From Dimorphilus gyrociliatus (lineage: Eukaryota > Animalia > Annelida): a stretch of DNA of 64,000 nucleotides. The notes beneath the pieces were generated by a model, which searched no databases, was not told where the DNA came from, and worked only from the letters and a program-made list of their open reading frames with translations. Location of the stretch: contig CAJFCJ010000001.1 of NCBI GenBank assembly GCA_904063045.1, positions 1,922,001-1,986,000 of the forward strand. Reading direction: 5' to 3'. This document shows positions 62,601-64,000 of this stretch, one piece after another. Each line of letters starts with the position of its first letter. The first letter of the stretch is position 1. The translations under genes were made by a program, and so were the position numbers.

Positions 62601-64000
62601 GACTGCCGCTTCCCCTGGAGTGCGCAGCATCACGTCGGCGTTAAGCAAAGCGCCTTCCAACAATTTTGTAGCCTCTTCAATCACAACTGTTTTATTCGTT
62701 GATGACAATACATTTGAGGCAGCTACCAGTGATTCCGCAATGATACCATCCTCTAACTTATTACTTCCGGCAGCCAAACGGTACAGCTCAGTTGTTGTCC
62801 TCTCTAAAACTCGCAGCGTAAGGGCGGCGCTCTCTTCTCTAAGACCATTCGTTGTCGTTTCCGCTAGAGCGGTTGCGGTCTGCTTTAATTCGAACTGCGT
62901 ACGGCAAGGTAATTTGTCGAGGGTGCTGACGAGCTGGTGACGCGTGTCGGTGGCGTCAGTTTGTCGGCGGTTCAATGCTGTGGCTACTAACTGCGCGTAA
63001 GAACGCACAGCCAATCTATCCCCTTTAGATACTAATGAAACCAAATGATTATCGGTCGCAATAGCTTCTATTTTTTTTTCACTTTTCGAAACATTAATAG
63101 AAATTTGACAAATGTACGTTTTAGCACCGTTGTCGTCCATAATTGAGGGATGCAATCTGTTTAATCCTGTGAAGAAAAGAAAATCTGTAATAAGTTCAAC
63201 TATAAAAATGTGTTCACTCTTCTTTCAAAGAGTAACGCCAAGTAAAATGTCGATGCACGCAACCGACAGCCAACAATCAATCACAATACATTATCAACAC
63301 CCAAACACGCACAAGGGAAATCAATAATTATAGAAACTTTACCGGCCGGCAGTTGAAAAGCGATACTCTGATCCAATCCTTGATAAACTGGAACAGTGAC
63401 TTCATTATTTTCGGACGAAGTGTAGCTTAAACCATAGTGAAGTGGATAGTCCTAAAAAGTTTAATCGGAAGCTTTTAAATTGGAACGATCGACTAAAGAC
63501 TTTTAATTACCTCATCCTTCCAACCAGTGCAATGTAAGATAAACCAAGTTTCCATTTCCACCCCAGAATCCTTATCCAATTTACAAATTCCAAGCATTGG
63601 ACTATCGTTGACCTTTAAATAAAATAGTGCTGATCCTTTTCTTCCAGTAGACCTTTCCGAAATAGAAACTTCCACGAGATATTCGTCATCTGGTTTTAAA
63701 AAGTTCTCCTTTATTACTAACAATTTTCCCCGTAAGCCAGTAGTTGTGTGATCGTTTCTTATATTTATTTGCAACTTTCTCTTCCGTAGAACGTGCTCTT
63801 TAATAATGACAGGTTTGTGATCGTCCACTGCACCATCTCCGGGAGGCGAACCTTCTTCCGGTAACGGTTCCGGTTCTGGTCGTTGCCCATCAGTCGGTAA
63901 TTCTTCAGGTCTTCTCCTTCCGCTAGGTCTCTCCTTGATATTAGGAATTTTAAATTCTGACCAGGAGGAAATGGTAGTTTGTTCATTGGCTTTATTATAA
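56623..64000 (-). CDS. Polycystin-1-like (PKD1L/REJ) receptor-channel; 5' end lies beyond the window
   Basis: REJ-like exons; GPS site CGCNHL|TSF; TM1; PLAT/LH2 domain (VETGARPSAGT...HIWHDNDGRNPSWFL...FPCERWLA); HLWLSL...FTRAQRLSVCL; PKD-channel exons; acidic C-terminus. Confidence 0.92.

Overview
Gene-dense, AT-rich eukaryotic (animal) DNA with mostly 40-90 nt GT-AG introns. The style fits a miniaturised invertebrate genome such as the annelid Dimorphilus; that is an inference and was not verified. I assembled 16 spliced or single-exon genes by hand. In order: MS4A/CD20-like, matrix metalloproteinase, TMEM67, an orphan helical protein, an LRR-TM protein, SRF, WDR88, MARCHF6, a tetraspanin, a strongly diverged TAF1, FBXO36, WDR77, GCNT, TRA2, QKI/how, RPL37A (missed by the ORF track), RBMS/shep and a 5'-truncated polycystin-1-like gene. 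No rRNA, tRNA, CRISPR array or intact transposon was recognised. Two candidate regulatory systems stand out. (1) The QKI gene has two tandem duplicated exons that encode alternative QUA2 RNA-binding helices; they cannot be joined in frame and are flanked by a textbook Rbfox motif map and QKI elements. (2) The SRF gene has CArG boxes in its own promoter, a duplicated structured splice-acceptor element, and a distal exon that would end the protein in a CaaL prenylation motif (CILL), gated by a 48-nt stop-containing exon. All splice models are hand-derived and need RNA-seq support.
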